Assembly (NCBI RefSeq): GCF_964204645.1
Contig: NW_027437475.1
Coordinates: 1-61,914, forward strand
Direction: 5' to 3'
Source of the DNA: Tubulanus polymorphus
Taxonomy: Eukaryota > Animalia > Nemertea
DNA: 61,914 bases
A program made the position numbers and the translations under genes. The notes beneath the pieces are model-generated. The model did not search any database. It had not been told where the DNA came from and saw nothing but the letters and a program-made list of their open reading frames with translations. This document shows positions 22,401 through 36,700 of this stretch, one piece after another. Every line of letters starts with the position of its first letter. Positions within the stretch are counted from its first letter, which is position 1.

Positions 22401-25400
22401 TTCGGGTCGAAAAGTGCTTTTCCTGACGATTTGAGCGCTTTTACGCATCGACATTGTCGTTTTTCCGATAGGGGGAATATTTGATACGAAAACGTCTTTT
22501 CTCGCGCTGAACGACGTTTTCGGGTCGAAAAGTGCTTTTCCTGACGATTTGAGCGCTTTTACGCATCGACATTGTCGTTTTTCCGATAGGGGGAATATTT
22601 GATACGAAAACGTCTTTTCTCGCGCTGAACGACGTTTTCGGGTCGAAAAGTGCTTTTCCTGACGATTTGAGCGCTTTTACGCATCGACATTGTCGTTTTT
22701 CCGATAGGGGGAATATTTGATACGAAAACGTCTTTTCTCGCGCTGAACGACGTTTTCGGGTCGAAAAGTGCTTTTCCTGACGATTTGAGCGCTTTTACGC
22801 ATCGACATTGTCGTTTTTCCGATAGGGGGAATATTTGATACGAAAACGTCTTTTCTCGCGCTGAACGACGTTTTCGGGTCGAAAAGTGCTTTTCCTGACG
22901 ATTTGAGCGCTTTTACGCATCGACATTGTCGTTTTTCCGATAGGGGGAATATTTGATACGAAAACGTCTTTTCTCGCGCTGAACGACGTTTTCGGGTCGA
23001 AAAGTGCTTTTCCTGACGATTTGAGCGCTTTTACGCATCGACATTGTCGTTTTTCCGATAGGGGGAATATTTGATACGAAAACGTCTTTTCTCGCGCTGA
23101 ACGACGTTTTCGGGTCGAAAAGTGCTTTTCCTGACGATTTGAGCGCTTTTACGCATCGACATTGTCGTTTTTCCGATAGGGGGAATATTTGATACGAAAA
23201 CGTCTTTTCTCGCGCTGAACGACGTTTTCGGGTCGAAAAGTGCTTTTCCTGACGATTTGAGCGCTTTTACGCATCGACATTGTCGTTTTTCCGATAGGGG
23301 GAATATTTGATACGAAAACGTCTTTTCTCGCGCTGAACGACGTTTTCGGGTCGAAAAGTGCTTTTCCTGACGATTTGAGCGCTTTTACGCATCGACATTG
23401 TCGTTTTTCCGATAGGGGGAATATTTGATACGAAAACGTCTTTTCTCGCGCTGAACGACGTTTTCGGGTCGAAAAGTGCTTTTCCTGACGATTTGAGCGC
23501 TTTTACGCATCGACATTGTCGTTTTTCCGATAGGGGGAATATTTGATACGAAAACGTCTTTTCTCGCGCTGAACGACGTTTTCGGGTCGAAAAGTGCTTT
23601 TCCTGACGATTTGAGCGCTTTTACGCATCGACATTGTCGTTTTTCCGATAGGGGGAATATTTGATACGAAAACGTCTTTTCTCGCGCTGAACGACGTTTT
23701 CGGGTCGAAAAGTGCTTTTCCTGACGATTTGAGCGCTTTTACGCATCGACATTGTCGTTTTTCCGATAGGGGGAATATTTGATACGAAAACGTCTTTTCT
23801 CGCGCTGAACGACGTTTTCGGGTCGAAAAGTGCTTTTCCTGACGATTTGAGCGCTTTTACGCATCGACATTGTCGTTTTTCCGATAGGGGGAATATTTGA
23901 TACGAAAACGTCTTTTCTCGCGCTGAACGACGTTTTCGGGTCGAAAAGTGCTTTTCCTGACGATTTGAGCGCTTTTACGCATCGACATTGTCGTTTTTCC
24001 GATAGGGGGAATATTTGATACGAAAACGTCTTTTCTCGCGCTGAACGACGTTTTCGGGTCGAAAAGTGCTTTTCCTGACGATTTGAGCGCTTTTACGCAT
24101 CGACATTGTCGTTTTTCCGATAGGGGGAATATTTGATACGAAAACGTCTTTTCTCGCGCTGAACGACGTTTTCGGGTCGAAAAGTGCTTTTCCTGACGAT
24201 TTGAGCGCTTTTACGCATCGACATTGTCGTTTTTCCGATAGGGGGAATATTTGATACGAAAACGTCTTTTCTCGCGCTGAACGACGTTTTCGGGTCGAAA
24301 AGTGCTTTTCCTGACGATTTGAGCGCTTTTACGCATCGACATTGTCGTTTTTCCGATAGGGGGAATATTTGATACGAAAACGTCTTTTCTCGCGCTGAAC
24401 GACGTTTTCGGGTCGAAAAGTGCTTTTCCTGACGATTTGAGCGCTTTTACGCATCGACATTGTCGTTTTTCCGATAGGGGGAATATTTGATACGAAAACG
24501 TCTTTTCTCGCGCTGAACGACGTTTTCGGGTCGAAAAGTGCTTTTCCTGACGATTTGAGCGCTTTTACGCATCGACATTGTCGTTTTTCCGATAGGGGGA
24601 ATATTTGATACGAAAACGTCTTTTCTCGCGCTGAACGACGTTTTCGGGTCGAAAAGTGCTTTTCCTGACGATTTGAGCGCTTTTACGCATCGACATTGTC
24701 GTTTTTCCGATAGGGGGAATATTTGATACGAAAACGTCTTTTCTCGCGCTGAACGACGTTTTCGGGTCGAAAAGTGCTTTTCCTGACGATTTGAGCGCTT
24801 TTACGCATCGACATTGTCGTTTTTCCGATAGGGGGAATATTTGATACGAAAACGTCTTTTCTCGCGCTGAACGACGTTTTCGGGTCGAAAAGTGCTTTTC
24901 CTGACGATTTGAGCGCTTTTACGCATCGACATTGTCGTTTTTCCGATAGGGGGAATATTTGATACGAAAACGTCTTTTCTCGCGCTGAACGACGTTTTCG
25001 GAGTCGAAAAGTGCTTTTCCTGACGATTTGAGCGCTTTTACGCATCGACATTGTCGTTTTTCCGATAGGGGGAATATTTGATACGAAAACGTCTTTTCTC
25101 GCGCTGAACGACGTTTTCGGGTCGAAAAGTGCTTTTCCTGACGATTTGAGCGCTTTTACGCATCGACATTGTCGTTTTTCCGATAGGGGGAATATTTGAT
25201 ACGAAAACGTCTTTTCTCGCGCTGAACGACGTTTTCGGGTCGAAAAGTGCTTTTCCTGACGATTTGAGCGCTTTTACGCATCGACATTGTCGTTTTTCCG
25301 ATAGGGGGAATATTTGATACGAAAACGTCTTTTCTCGCGCTGAACGACGTTTTCGGGTCGAAAAGTGCTTTTCCTGACGATTTGAGCGCTTTTACGCATC

Positions 25401-28400
25401 GACATTGTCGTTTTTCCGATAGGGGGAATATTTGATACGAAAACGTCTTTTCTCGCGCTGAACGACGTTTTCGGGTCGAAAAGTGCTTTTCCTGACGATT
25501 TGAGCGCTTTTACGCATCGACATTGTCGTTTTTCCGATAGGGGGAATATTTGATACGAAAACGTCTTTTCTCGCGCTGAACGACGTTTTCGGGTCGAAAA
25601 GTGCTTTTCCTGACGATTTGAGCGCTTTTACGCATCGACATTGTCGTTTTTCCGATAGGGGGAATATTTGATACGAAAACGTCTTTTCTCGCGCTGAACG
25701 ACGTTTTCGGGTCGAAAAGTGCTTTTCCTGACGATTTGAGCGCTTTTACGCATCGACATTGTCGTTTTTCCGATAGGGGGAATATTTGATACGAAAACGT
25801 CTTTTCTCGCGCTGAACGACGTTTTCGGGTCGAAAAGTGCTTTTCCTGACGATTTGAGCGCTTTTACGCATCGACATTGTCGTTTTTCCGATAGGGGGAA
25901 TATTTGATACGAAAACGTCTTTTCTCGCGCTGAACGACGTTTTCGGGTCGAAAAGTGCTTTTCCTGACGATTTGAGCGCTTTTACGCATCGACATTGTCG
26001 TTTTTCCGATAGGGGGAATATTTGATACGAAAACGTCTTTTCTCGCGCTGAACGACGTTTTCGGGTCGAAAAGTGCTTTTCCTGACGATTTGAGCGCTTT
26101 TACGCATCGACATTGTCGTTTTTCCGATAGGGGGAATATTTGATACGAAAACGTCTTTTCTCGCGCTGAACGACGTTTTCGGGTCGAAAAGTGCTTTTCC
26201 TGACGATTTGAGCGCTTTTACGCATCGACATTGTCGTTTTTCCGATAGGGGGAATATTTGATACGAAAACGTCTTTTCTCGCGCTGAACGACGTTTTCGG
26301 GTCGAAAAGTGCTTTTCCTGACGATTTGAGCGCTTTTACGCATCGACATTGTCGTTTTTCCGATAGGGGGAATATTTGATACGAAAACGTCTTTTCTCGC
26401 GCTGAACGACGTTTTCGGGTCGAAAAGTGCTTTTCCTGACGATTTGAGCGCTTTTACGCATCGACATTGTCGTTTTTCCGATAGGGGGAATATTTGATAC
26501 GAAAACGTCTTTTCTCGCGCTGAACGACGTTTTCGGGTCGAAAAGTGCTTTTCCTGACGATTTGAGCGCTTTTACGCATCGACATTGTCGTTTTTCCGAT
26601 AGGGGGAATATTTGATACGAAAACGTCTTTTCTCGCGCTGAACGACGTTTTCGGGTCGAAAAGTGCTTTTCCTGACGATTTGAGCGCTTTTACGCATCGA
26701 CATTGTCGTTTTTCCGATAGGGGGAATATTTGATACGAAAACGTCTTTTCTCGCGCTGAACGACGTTTTCGGGTCGAAAAGTGCTTTTCCTGACGATTTG
26801 AGCGCTTTTACGCATCGACATTGTCGTTTTTCCGATAGGGGGAATATTTGATACGAAAACGTCTTTTCTCGCGCTGAACGACGTTTTCGGGTCGAAAAGT
26901 GCTTTTCCTGACGATTTGAGCGCTTTTACGCATCGACATTGTCGTTTTTCCGATAGGGGGAATATTTGATACGAAAACGTCTTTTCTCGCGCTGAACGAC
27001 GTTTTCGGGTCGAAAAGTGCTTTTCCTGACGATTTGAGCGCTTTTACGCATCGACATTGTCGTTTTTCCGATAGGGGGAATATTTGATACGAAAACGTCT
27101 TTTCTCGCGCTGAACGACGTTTTCGGGTCGAAAAGTGCTTTTCCTGACGATTTGAGCGCTTTTACGCATCGACATTGTCGTTTTTCCGATAGGGGGAATA
27201 TTTGATACGAAAACGTCTTTTCTCGCGCTGAACGACGTTTTCGGGTCGAAAAGTGCTTTTCCTGACGATTTGAGCGCTTTTACGCATCGACATTGTCGTT
27301 TTTCCGATAGGGGGAATATTTGATACGAAAACGTCTTTTCTCGCGCTGAACGACGTTTTCGGGTCGAAAAGTGCTTTTCCTGACGATTTGAGCGCTTTTA
27401 CGCATCGACATTGTCGTTTTTCCGATAGGGGGAATATTTGATACGAAAACGTCTTTTCTCGCGCTGAACGACGTTTTCGGGTCGAAAAGTGCTTTTCCTG
27501 ACGATTTGAGCGCTTTTACGCATCGACATTGTCGTTTTTCCGATAGGGGGAATATTTGATACGAAAACGTCTTTTCTCGCGCTGAACGACGTTTTCGGGT
27601 CGAAAAGTGCTTTTCCTGACGATTTGAGCGCTTTTACGCATCGACATTGTCGTTTTTCCGATAGGGGGAATATTTGATACGAAAACGTCTTTTCTCGCGC
27701 TGAACGACGTTTTCGGGTCGAAAAGTGCTTTTCCTGACGATTTGAGCGCTTTTACGCATCGACATTGTCGTTTTTCCGATAGGGGGAATATTTGATACGA
27801 AAACGTCTTTTCTCGCGCTGAACGACGTTTTCGGGTCGAAAAGTGCTTTTCCTGACGATTTGAGCGCTTTTACGCATCGACATTGTCGTTTTTCCGATAG
27901 GGGGAATATTTGATACGAAAACGTCTTTTCTCGCGCTGAACGACGTTTTCGGGTCGAAAAGTGCTTTTCCTGACGATTTGAGCGCTTTTACGCATCGACA
28001 TTGTCGTTTTTCCGATAGGGGGAATATTTGATACGAAAACGTCTTTTCTCGCGCTGAACGACGTTTTCGGGTCGAAAAGTGCTTTTCCTGACGATTTGAG
28101 CGCTTTTACGCATCGACATTGTCGTTTTTCCGATAGGGGGAATATTTGATACGAAAACGTCTTTTCTCGCGCTGAACGACGTTTTCGGGTCGAAAAGTGC
28201 TTTTCCTGACGATTTGAGCGCTTTTACGCATCGACATTGTCGTTTTTCCGATAGGGGGAATATTTGATACGAAAACGTCTTTTCTCGCGCTGAACGACGT
28301 TTTCGGGTCGAAAAGTGCTTTTCCTGACGATTTGAGCGCTTTTACGCATCGACATTGTCGTTTTTCCGATAGGGGGAATATTTGATACGAAAACGTCTTT

Positions 28401-30780
28401 TCTCGCGCTGAACGACGTTTTCGGGTCGAAAAGTGCTTTTCCTGACGATTTGAGCGCTTTTACGCATCGACATTGTCGTTTTTCCGATAGGGGGAATATT
28501 TGATACGAAAACGTCTTTTCTCGCGCTGAACGACGTTTTCGGGTCGAAAAGTGCTTTTCCTGACGATTTGAGCGCTTTTACGCATCGACATTGTCGTTTT
28601 TCCGATAGGGGGAATATTTGATACGAAAACGTCTTTTCTCGCGCTGAACGACGTTTTCGGGTCGAAAAGTGCTTTTCCTGACGATTTGAGCGCTTTTACG
28701 CATCGACATTGTCGTTTTTCCGATAGGGGGAATATTTGATACGAAAACGTCTTTTCTCGCGCTGAACGACGTTTTCGGGTCGAAAAGTGCTTTTCCTGAC
28801 GATTTGAGCGCTTTTACGCATCGACATTGTCGTTTTTCCGATAGGGGGAATATTTGATACGAAAACGTCTTTTCTCGCGCTGAACGACGTTTTCGGGTCG
28901 AAAAGTGCTTTTCCTGACGATTTGAGCGCTTTTACGCATCGACATTGTCGTTTTTCCGATAGGGGGAATATTTGATACGAAAACGTCTTTTCTCGCGCTG
29001 AACGACGTTTTCGGGTCGAAAAGTGCTTTTCCTGACGATTTGAGCGCTTTTACGCATCGACATTGTCGTTTTTCCGATAGGGGGAATATTTGATACGAAA
29101 ACGTCTTTTCTCGCGCTGAACGACGTTTTCGGGTCGAAAAGTGCTTTTCCTGACGATTTGAGCGCTTTTACGCATCGACATTGTCGTTTTTCCGATAGGG
29201 GGAATATTTGATACGAAAACGTCTTTTCTCGCGCTGAACGACGTTTTCGGGTCGAAAAGTGCTTTTCCTGACGATTTGAGCGCTTTTACGCATCGACATT
29301 GTCGTTTTTCCGATAGGGGGAATATTTGATACGAAAACGTCTTTTCTCGCGCTGAACGACGTTTTCGGGTCGAAAAGTGCTTTTCCTGACGATTTGAGCG
29401 CTTTTACGCATCGACATTGTCGTTTTTCCGATAGGGGGAATATTTGATACGAAAACGTCTTTTCTCGCGCTGAACGACGTTTTCGGGTCGAAAAGTGCTT
29501 TTCCTGACGATTTGAGCGCTTTTACGCATCGACATTGTCGTTTTTCCGATAGGGGGAATATTTGATACGAAAACGTCTTTTCTCGCGCTGAACGACGTTT
29601 TCGGGTCGAAAAGTGCTTTTCCTGACGATTTGAGCGCTTTTACGCATCGACATTGTCGTTTTTCCGATAGGGGGAATATTTGATACGAAAACGTCTTTTC
29701 TCGCGCTGAACGACGTTTTCGGGTCGAAAAGTGCTTTTCCTGACGATTTGAGCGCTTTTACGCATCGACATTGTCGTTTTTCCGATAGGGGGAATATTTG
29801 ATACGAAAACGTCTTTTCTCGCGCTGAACGACGTTTTCGGGTCGAAAAGTGCTTTTCCTGACGATTTGAGCGCTTTTACGCATCGACATTGTCGTTTTTC
29901 CGATAGGGGGAATATTTGATACGAAAACGTCTTTTCTCGCGCTGAACGACGTTTTCGGGTCGAAAAGTGCTTTTCCTGACGATTTGAGCGCTTTTACGCA
30001 TCGACATTGTCGTTTTTCCGATAGGGGGAATATTTGATACGAAAACGTCTTTTCTCGCGCTGAACGACGTTTTCGGGTCGAAAAGTGCTTTTCCTGACGA
30101 TTTGAGCGCTTTTACGCATCGACATTGTCGTTTTTCCGATAGGGGGAATATTTGATACGAAAACGTCTTTTCTCGCGCTGAACGACGTTTTCGGGTCGAA
30201 AAGTGCTTTTCCTGACGATTTGAGCGCTTTTACGCATCGACATTGTCGTTTTTCCGATAGGGGGAATATTTGATACGAAAACGTCTTTTCTCGCGCTGAA
30301 CGACGTTTTCGGGTCGAAAAGTGCTTTTCCTGACGATTTGAGCGCTTTTACGCATCGACATTGTCGTTTTTCCGATAGGGGGAATATTTGATACGAAAAC
30401 GTCTTTTCTCGCGCTGAACGACGTTTTCGGGTCGAAAAGTGCTTTTCCTGACGATTTGAGCGCTTTTACGCATCGACATTGTCGTTTTTCCGATAGGGGG
30501 AATATTTGATACGAAAACGTCTTTTCTCGCGCTGAACGACGTTTTCGGGTCGAAAAGTGCTTTTCCTGACGATTTGAGCGCTTTTACGCATCGACATTGT
30601 CGTTTTTCCGATAGGGGGAATATTTGATACGAAAACGTCTTTTCTCGCGCTGAACGACGTTTTCGGGTCGAAAAGTGCTTTTCCTGACGATTTGAGCGCT
30701 TTTACGCATCGACATTGTCGTTTTTCCGATAGGGGGAATATTTGATACGAAAACGTCTTTTCTCGCGCTGAACGACGTTT
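13406..30780. repeat. 118-bp satellite, homogeneous domain (~147 monomers)
   Basis: Same monomer and orientation as the left arm. Scattered GGAGCG/AAATGT variants occur up to ~17220, then the sequence is essentially invariant. Confidence 0.99.
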
Positions 30781-33700
30781 TCGGGGTCGAAATGTGCTTT
30801 TCCTGACGATTTGAGCGCTTTTACGCATCGACATTGTCGTTTTTCCGATAGGGGGAATATTTGATACGAAAACGTCTTTTCTCGCGCTGAACGACGTTTT
30901 CGGGTCGAAAAGTGCTTTTCCTGACGATTTGAGCGCTTTTACGCATCGACATTGTCGTTTTTCCGATACGGGGAAAATGTGATGAGAAAACGTCTTTTCT
31001 CGCGCTGAACGACGTTTTCGGGTCGAAATGTGCTTTTCCTGACGATTTGAGCGCTTTTACGCATCGACATTGTCGTTTTTCCGATACGGGGAAATGTGAT
31101 GAGAAAACGTCTTTTCTCGCGCAGAACGACGTTTTCGGGTCGAAAAGTGCTTTTCCTGACGATTTGAGCGCTTTTACGCATCGACATTGTCGTTTATCCG
31201 ATAGGGGGAATATTTGATACGAAAACGTCTTTTCTCGCGCTGAACGACGTTTTTGGGTCGAAAAGTGCTTTTCCTGACGATTTGAGCGCTTTTACGCATC
31301 GACATTGTCGTTTTTCCGATAGGGGGAATATTTGATACGAAAACGTCTTTTCTCGCGCTGAACGACGTTTTCGGGTCGAAAAGTGCTTTTCCTGACGATT
31401 TGAGCGCTTTTAAGCATCGACATTGTCGTTTTTCCGATAGGGGGAATATTTGATACGAAAACGTCTTTTCTCGCGCTGAACGACGTTTTCGGGTCGAAAA
31501 GTGCTTTTCCTGACGATTTGAGCGCTTTTACGCATCGACATTGTCGTTTTTCCGATAGGGGGAATATTTGATACGAAAACGTCTTTTCTCGCGCTGAACG
31601 ACGTTTTCGGGTCGAAAAGTGCTTTTCCTGACGATTTGAGCGCTTTTACGCATCGACATTGTCGTTTATCCGATACGGGGAGAATGTGATGAGAAAACGT
31701 CTTTTCTCGCGCTGAACGACGTTTTCGCGACGAAAAGTGCTTTTCCTGACGATTTGAGCGCTTTTACGCATCGACATTGTCGTTTTTCCGATAGGGGGAA
31801 TATTTGATACGAAAACGTCTTTTCTCGCGCTGAACGACGTTTTCGGGTCGAAAAGTGCTTTTCCTGACGATTTGAGCGCTTTTACGCATCGACATTGTCG
31901 TTTTTACGATAGGGGGAAAATGTGATGAGAAAACGTCTTTTCTCGCGCTGAACGACGTTTTCGGGTCGAAATGTGCTTTTCCTGACGATTTGAGCGCTTT
32001 TACGCATCGACATTGTCGTTTTTCCGATACGGGGAAAATGTGATGAGAAAACGTCTTTTCTCGCGCTGAACGACGTTTTCGGGTCGAAAAGTGCTTTTCC
32101 TGACGATTTTAGCGCTTTTACGCATCGACATTGTCGTTTTTCCGATAGGGGGAATATTTGATACGAAAACGTCTTTTCTCGCGCTGAACGACGTTTTCGG
32201 GTCGAAAAGTGCTTTTCCTGACGATTTGAGCGCTTTTACGCATCGACATTGTCGTTTTTCCGATACGGGGAATATTTGATGAGAAAACGTCTTTTCTCGC
32301 GCTGAACGACGTTTTCGGGTCGAAAAGTGCTTTTCCTGACGATTTGAGCGCTTTTACGCATCGACATTGTCGTTTTTCCGATACGGGGAAAACGTGATGA
32401 GAAAACGTCTTTTCTCGCGCTGAACGACGTTTTCGGGTCGAAAAGTGCTTTTCCTGACGATTTGAGCGCTTTTACGCATCGACATTGTCGTTTTTCCGAT
32501 AGGGGGAATATTTGATACGAAAACGTCTTTTCTCGCGCTGAACGACGTTTTCGGGTCGAAAAGTGCTTTTCCTGACGATTTGAGCGCTTTTACGCATCGA
32601 CATTGTCGTTTTTCCGATAGGGGGAATATTTGATACGAAAACGTCTTTTCTCGCGCTGAACGACGTTTTCGGGTCGAAATGTGCTTTTCCTGACGATTTG
32701 AGCGCTTTTACGCATCGACATTGTCGTTTTTCCGATAGGGGGAATATTTGATACGAAAACGTCTTTTCTCGCGCTGAGCGACGTTTTTGCGTCGAAATGT
32801 GTTTTTCCTAACGATTTGAGCGCTTTTACGCATCGACATTGTCGTTTTTCCGATAGGGGGAATATTTGATACGAAAACGTCTTTTCTCGCGCTGAACGAC
32901 GTTTTCGGAGCGAAAAGTGCTTTTCCTGACGATTTGAGCGCTTTTACGCATCGACATTGTCGTTTATCCGATAGGGGGAATATTTGATACGAAAACGTCT
33001 CTTCTCGCGCTGAACGACGTTTTCGGGTCGAAAAGTGCTTTTCCTGACGATTTGAGCGCTTTTACGCATCGACATTGTCGTTTTTCCGATAGGGGGAATA
33101 TTTGATACGAAAACGTCTTTTCTCGCGCTGAACGACGTTTTCGGAGCGAAAAGTGCTTTTCCTGACGATTTGAGCGCTTTTACGCATCGACATTGTCGTT
33201 TATCCGATAGGGGGAATATTTGATACGAAAACGTCTTTTCTCGCGCTGAACGACGTTTTCGGGTCGAAAAGTGCTTTTCCTGACGATTTGAGCGCTTTTA
33301 CGCATCGACATTGTCGTTTTTCCGATAGGGGGAATATTTGATACGAAAACGTCTTTTCTCGCGCTGAACGACGTTTTCGGGTCGAAAAGTGCTTTTCCTG
33401 ACGATTTGAGCGCTTTTACGCATCGACATTGTCGTTTTTCCGATAGGGGGAATATTTGATACGAAAACGTCTTTTCTCGCGCTGAACGACGTTTTCGGGT
33501 CGAAAAGTGCTTTTCCTGACGATTTGAGCGCTTTTACGCATCGACATTGTCGTTTTTCCGATAGGGGGAATATTTGATACGTAAACGTCTTTTCTCGCGC
33601 TGAACGACGTTTTCGGGTCGAAAAGTGCTTTTCCTGACGATTTGAGCGCTTTTACGCATCTACATTGTCGTTTTTCCGATAGGGGGAATATTTGATACGA

Positions 33701-36700
33701 AAACGTCTTTTCTCGCGCTGAACGACGTTTTCGGGTCGAAAAGTGCTTGCGCTTTTACGCATCGACATTGTCGTTTTTCCGATAGGGGGAATATTTCATA
33801 CGAAACCGTCTTTTCTCGCGCTGAACGACGTTTTCGGGTCGAAAAGTGCTTTTCCTGACGATTTGAGCGCTTTTACGCATCGACATTGTCGTTTTTCCGA
33901 TAGGGGGAATATTTGATACGAAAACGTCTTTTCTCGCGCTGAACGACGTTTTCGGGTCGAAATGTGCTTTTCCTGACGATTTGAGCGCTTTTACGCATCG
34001 ACATTGTCGTTTTTCCGATAGGGGGAATATTTGATACGAAAACGTCTTTTCTCGCGCTGAACGACGTTTTCGGGTCGAAAAGTGCTTTTCCTGACGATTT
34101 GAGCGCTTTTACGCATCGACATTGTCGTTTATCCGATACGGGGAGAATGTGATGAGAAAACGTCTTTTCTCGCGCTGAACGACGTTTTCGGGTCGAAAAG
34201 TGCTTTTCCTGACGATTTGAGCGCTTTTACGCATCGACATTGTCGTTTTTACGATAGGGGGAAAATGTGATGAGAAAACGTCTTTTCTCGCGCTGAACGA
34301 CGTTTTCGGGTCGAAATGTGCTTTTCCTGACGATTTGAGCGCTTTTACGCATCGACATTGTCGTTTTTCCGATACGGGGAAAATGTGATGAGAAAACGTC
34401 TTTTCTCGCGCTGAACGACGTTTTCGGGTCGAAAAGTGCTTTTCCTGACGATTTGAGCGCTTTTACGCATCGACATTGTCGTTTTTCCGATAGGGGGAAT
34501 ATTTGATACGAAAACGTCTTTTCTCGCGCTGAACGACGTTTTCGGGTCGAAAAGTGCTTTTCCTGACGATTTGAGCGCTTTTACGCATCGACATTGTCGT
34601 TTTTCCGATACGGGGAATATTTGATGAGAAAACGTCTTTTCTCGCGCTGAACGACGTTTTCGGGTCGAAATGTGCTTTTCCTGACGATTTGAGCGCTTTT
34701 ACGCATCGACATTGTCGTTTTTTCGATACGGGGAAAATGTGATGAGAAAACGTCTTTTCTCGCGCTGAACGACGTTTTCGGGTCGAAAAGTGCTTTCCCT
34801 GACGATTTGAACGCTTTTACGCATCGACATTGTCGTTTTTCCGATAGGGGGAATATTTGATACGAAAACGTCTTTTCTCGCGCTGAACGACGTTTTCGGA
34901 GCGAAAAGTGCTTTTCCTGACGATTTGAGCGCTTTTACGCATCGACATTGTCGTTTTTCCGATAGGGGGAATATTTGATACGAAAACGTCTTTTCTCGCG
35001 CTGAACGACGTTTTCGGGTCGAAAAGTGCTTTTCCTGACGATTTGAGCGCTTTTACGCATCGACATTGTCGTTTATCCGATAGGGGGAATATTTGATACG
35101 AAAACGTCTTTTCTCGCGCTGAACGACGTTTTCGGGTCGAAATGTGCTTTTCCTGACGATTTGAGCGCTTTTACGCATCGACATTGTCGTTTTTCCGATA
35201 CGGGGAAATGTGATGAGAAAACGTCTTTTCTCGCGCTGAACGACGTTTTCGGGTCGAAAAGTGCTTTTCCTGACGATTTGAGCGCTTTTACGCATCGACA
35301 TTGTCGTTTTTCCGATAGGGGGAATATTTGATACGAAAACGTCTTTTCTCGCGCTGAACGACGTTTTTGGGTCGAAAAGTGCTTTTCCTGACGATTTGAG
35401 CGCTTTTACGCATCGACATTGTCGTTTTTCCGATAGGGGGAATATTTGATACGAAAACGTCTTTTCTCGCGCTGAACGACGTTTTCGGGTCGAAAAGTGC
35501 TTTTCCTGACGATTTGAGTGCTTTTAAGCATCGACATTGTCGTTTTTCCGATAGGGGGAATATTTGATACGAAAACGTCTTTTCTCGCGCTGAACGACGT
35601 TTTCGGGTCGAAAAGTGCTTTTCCTGACGATTTGAGCGCTTTTACGCATAGACATTGTCGTTTATCCGATAGGGGGAATATTTGATGAGAAAACGTCTTT
35701 TCTCGCGCTGAACGACGTTTTCGCGACGAAAAGTGCTTTTCCTGACGATTTGAGCGCTTTTACGCATCGACATTGTCGTTTTTCCGATAGGGGGAATATT
35801 TGATACGAAAACGTCTTTTCTCGCGCTGAACGACGTTTTCGGGTCGAAAAGTGCTTTTCCTGACGATTTGAGCGCTTTTACGCATCGACATTGTCGTTTT
35901 TACGATAGGGGGAAAATGTGATGAGAAAACGTCTTTTCTCGCGCTGAACGACGTTTTCGGGTCGAAATGTGCTTTTCCTGACGATTTGAGCGCTTTTACG
36001 CATCGACATTGTCGTTTTTCCGATACGGGGAAAATGTGATGAGAAAACGTCTTTTCTCGCGCTGAACGACGTTTTCGGGTCGAAAAGTGCTTTTCCTGAC
36101 GATTTTAGCGCTTTTACGCATCGACATTGTCGTTTTTCCGATAGGGGGAATATTTGATACGAAAACGTCTTTTCTCGCGCTGAACGACGTTTTCGGGTCG
36201 AAAAGTGCTTTTCCTGACGATTTGAGCGCTTTTACGCATCGACATTGTCGTTTTTCCGATACGGGGAATATTTGATGAGAAAACGTCTTTTCTCGCGCTG
36301 AACGACGTTTTCGGGTCGAAAAGTGCTTTTCCTGACGATTTGAGCGCTTTTACGCATCGACATTGTCGTTTTTCCGATACGGGGAAAATGTGATGAGAAA
36401 ACGTCTTTTCTCGCGCTGAACGACGTTTTCGGGTCGAAATGTGCTTTTCCTGACGATTTGAGCGCTTTTACGCATCGACATTGTCGTTTTTTCGATACGG
36501 GGAAAATGTGATGAGAAAACGTCTTTTCTCGCGCTGAACGACGTTTTCGGGTCGAAAAGTGCTTTTCCTGACGATTTGAGCGCTTTTACGCATCGACATT
36601 GTCGTTTTTCCGATAGGGGGAATATTTGATACGAAAACGTCTTTTCTCGCGCTGAACGACGTTTTCGGAGCGAAAAGTGCTTTTCCTGACGATTTGAGCG

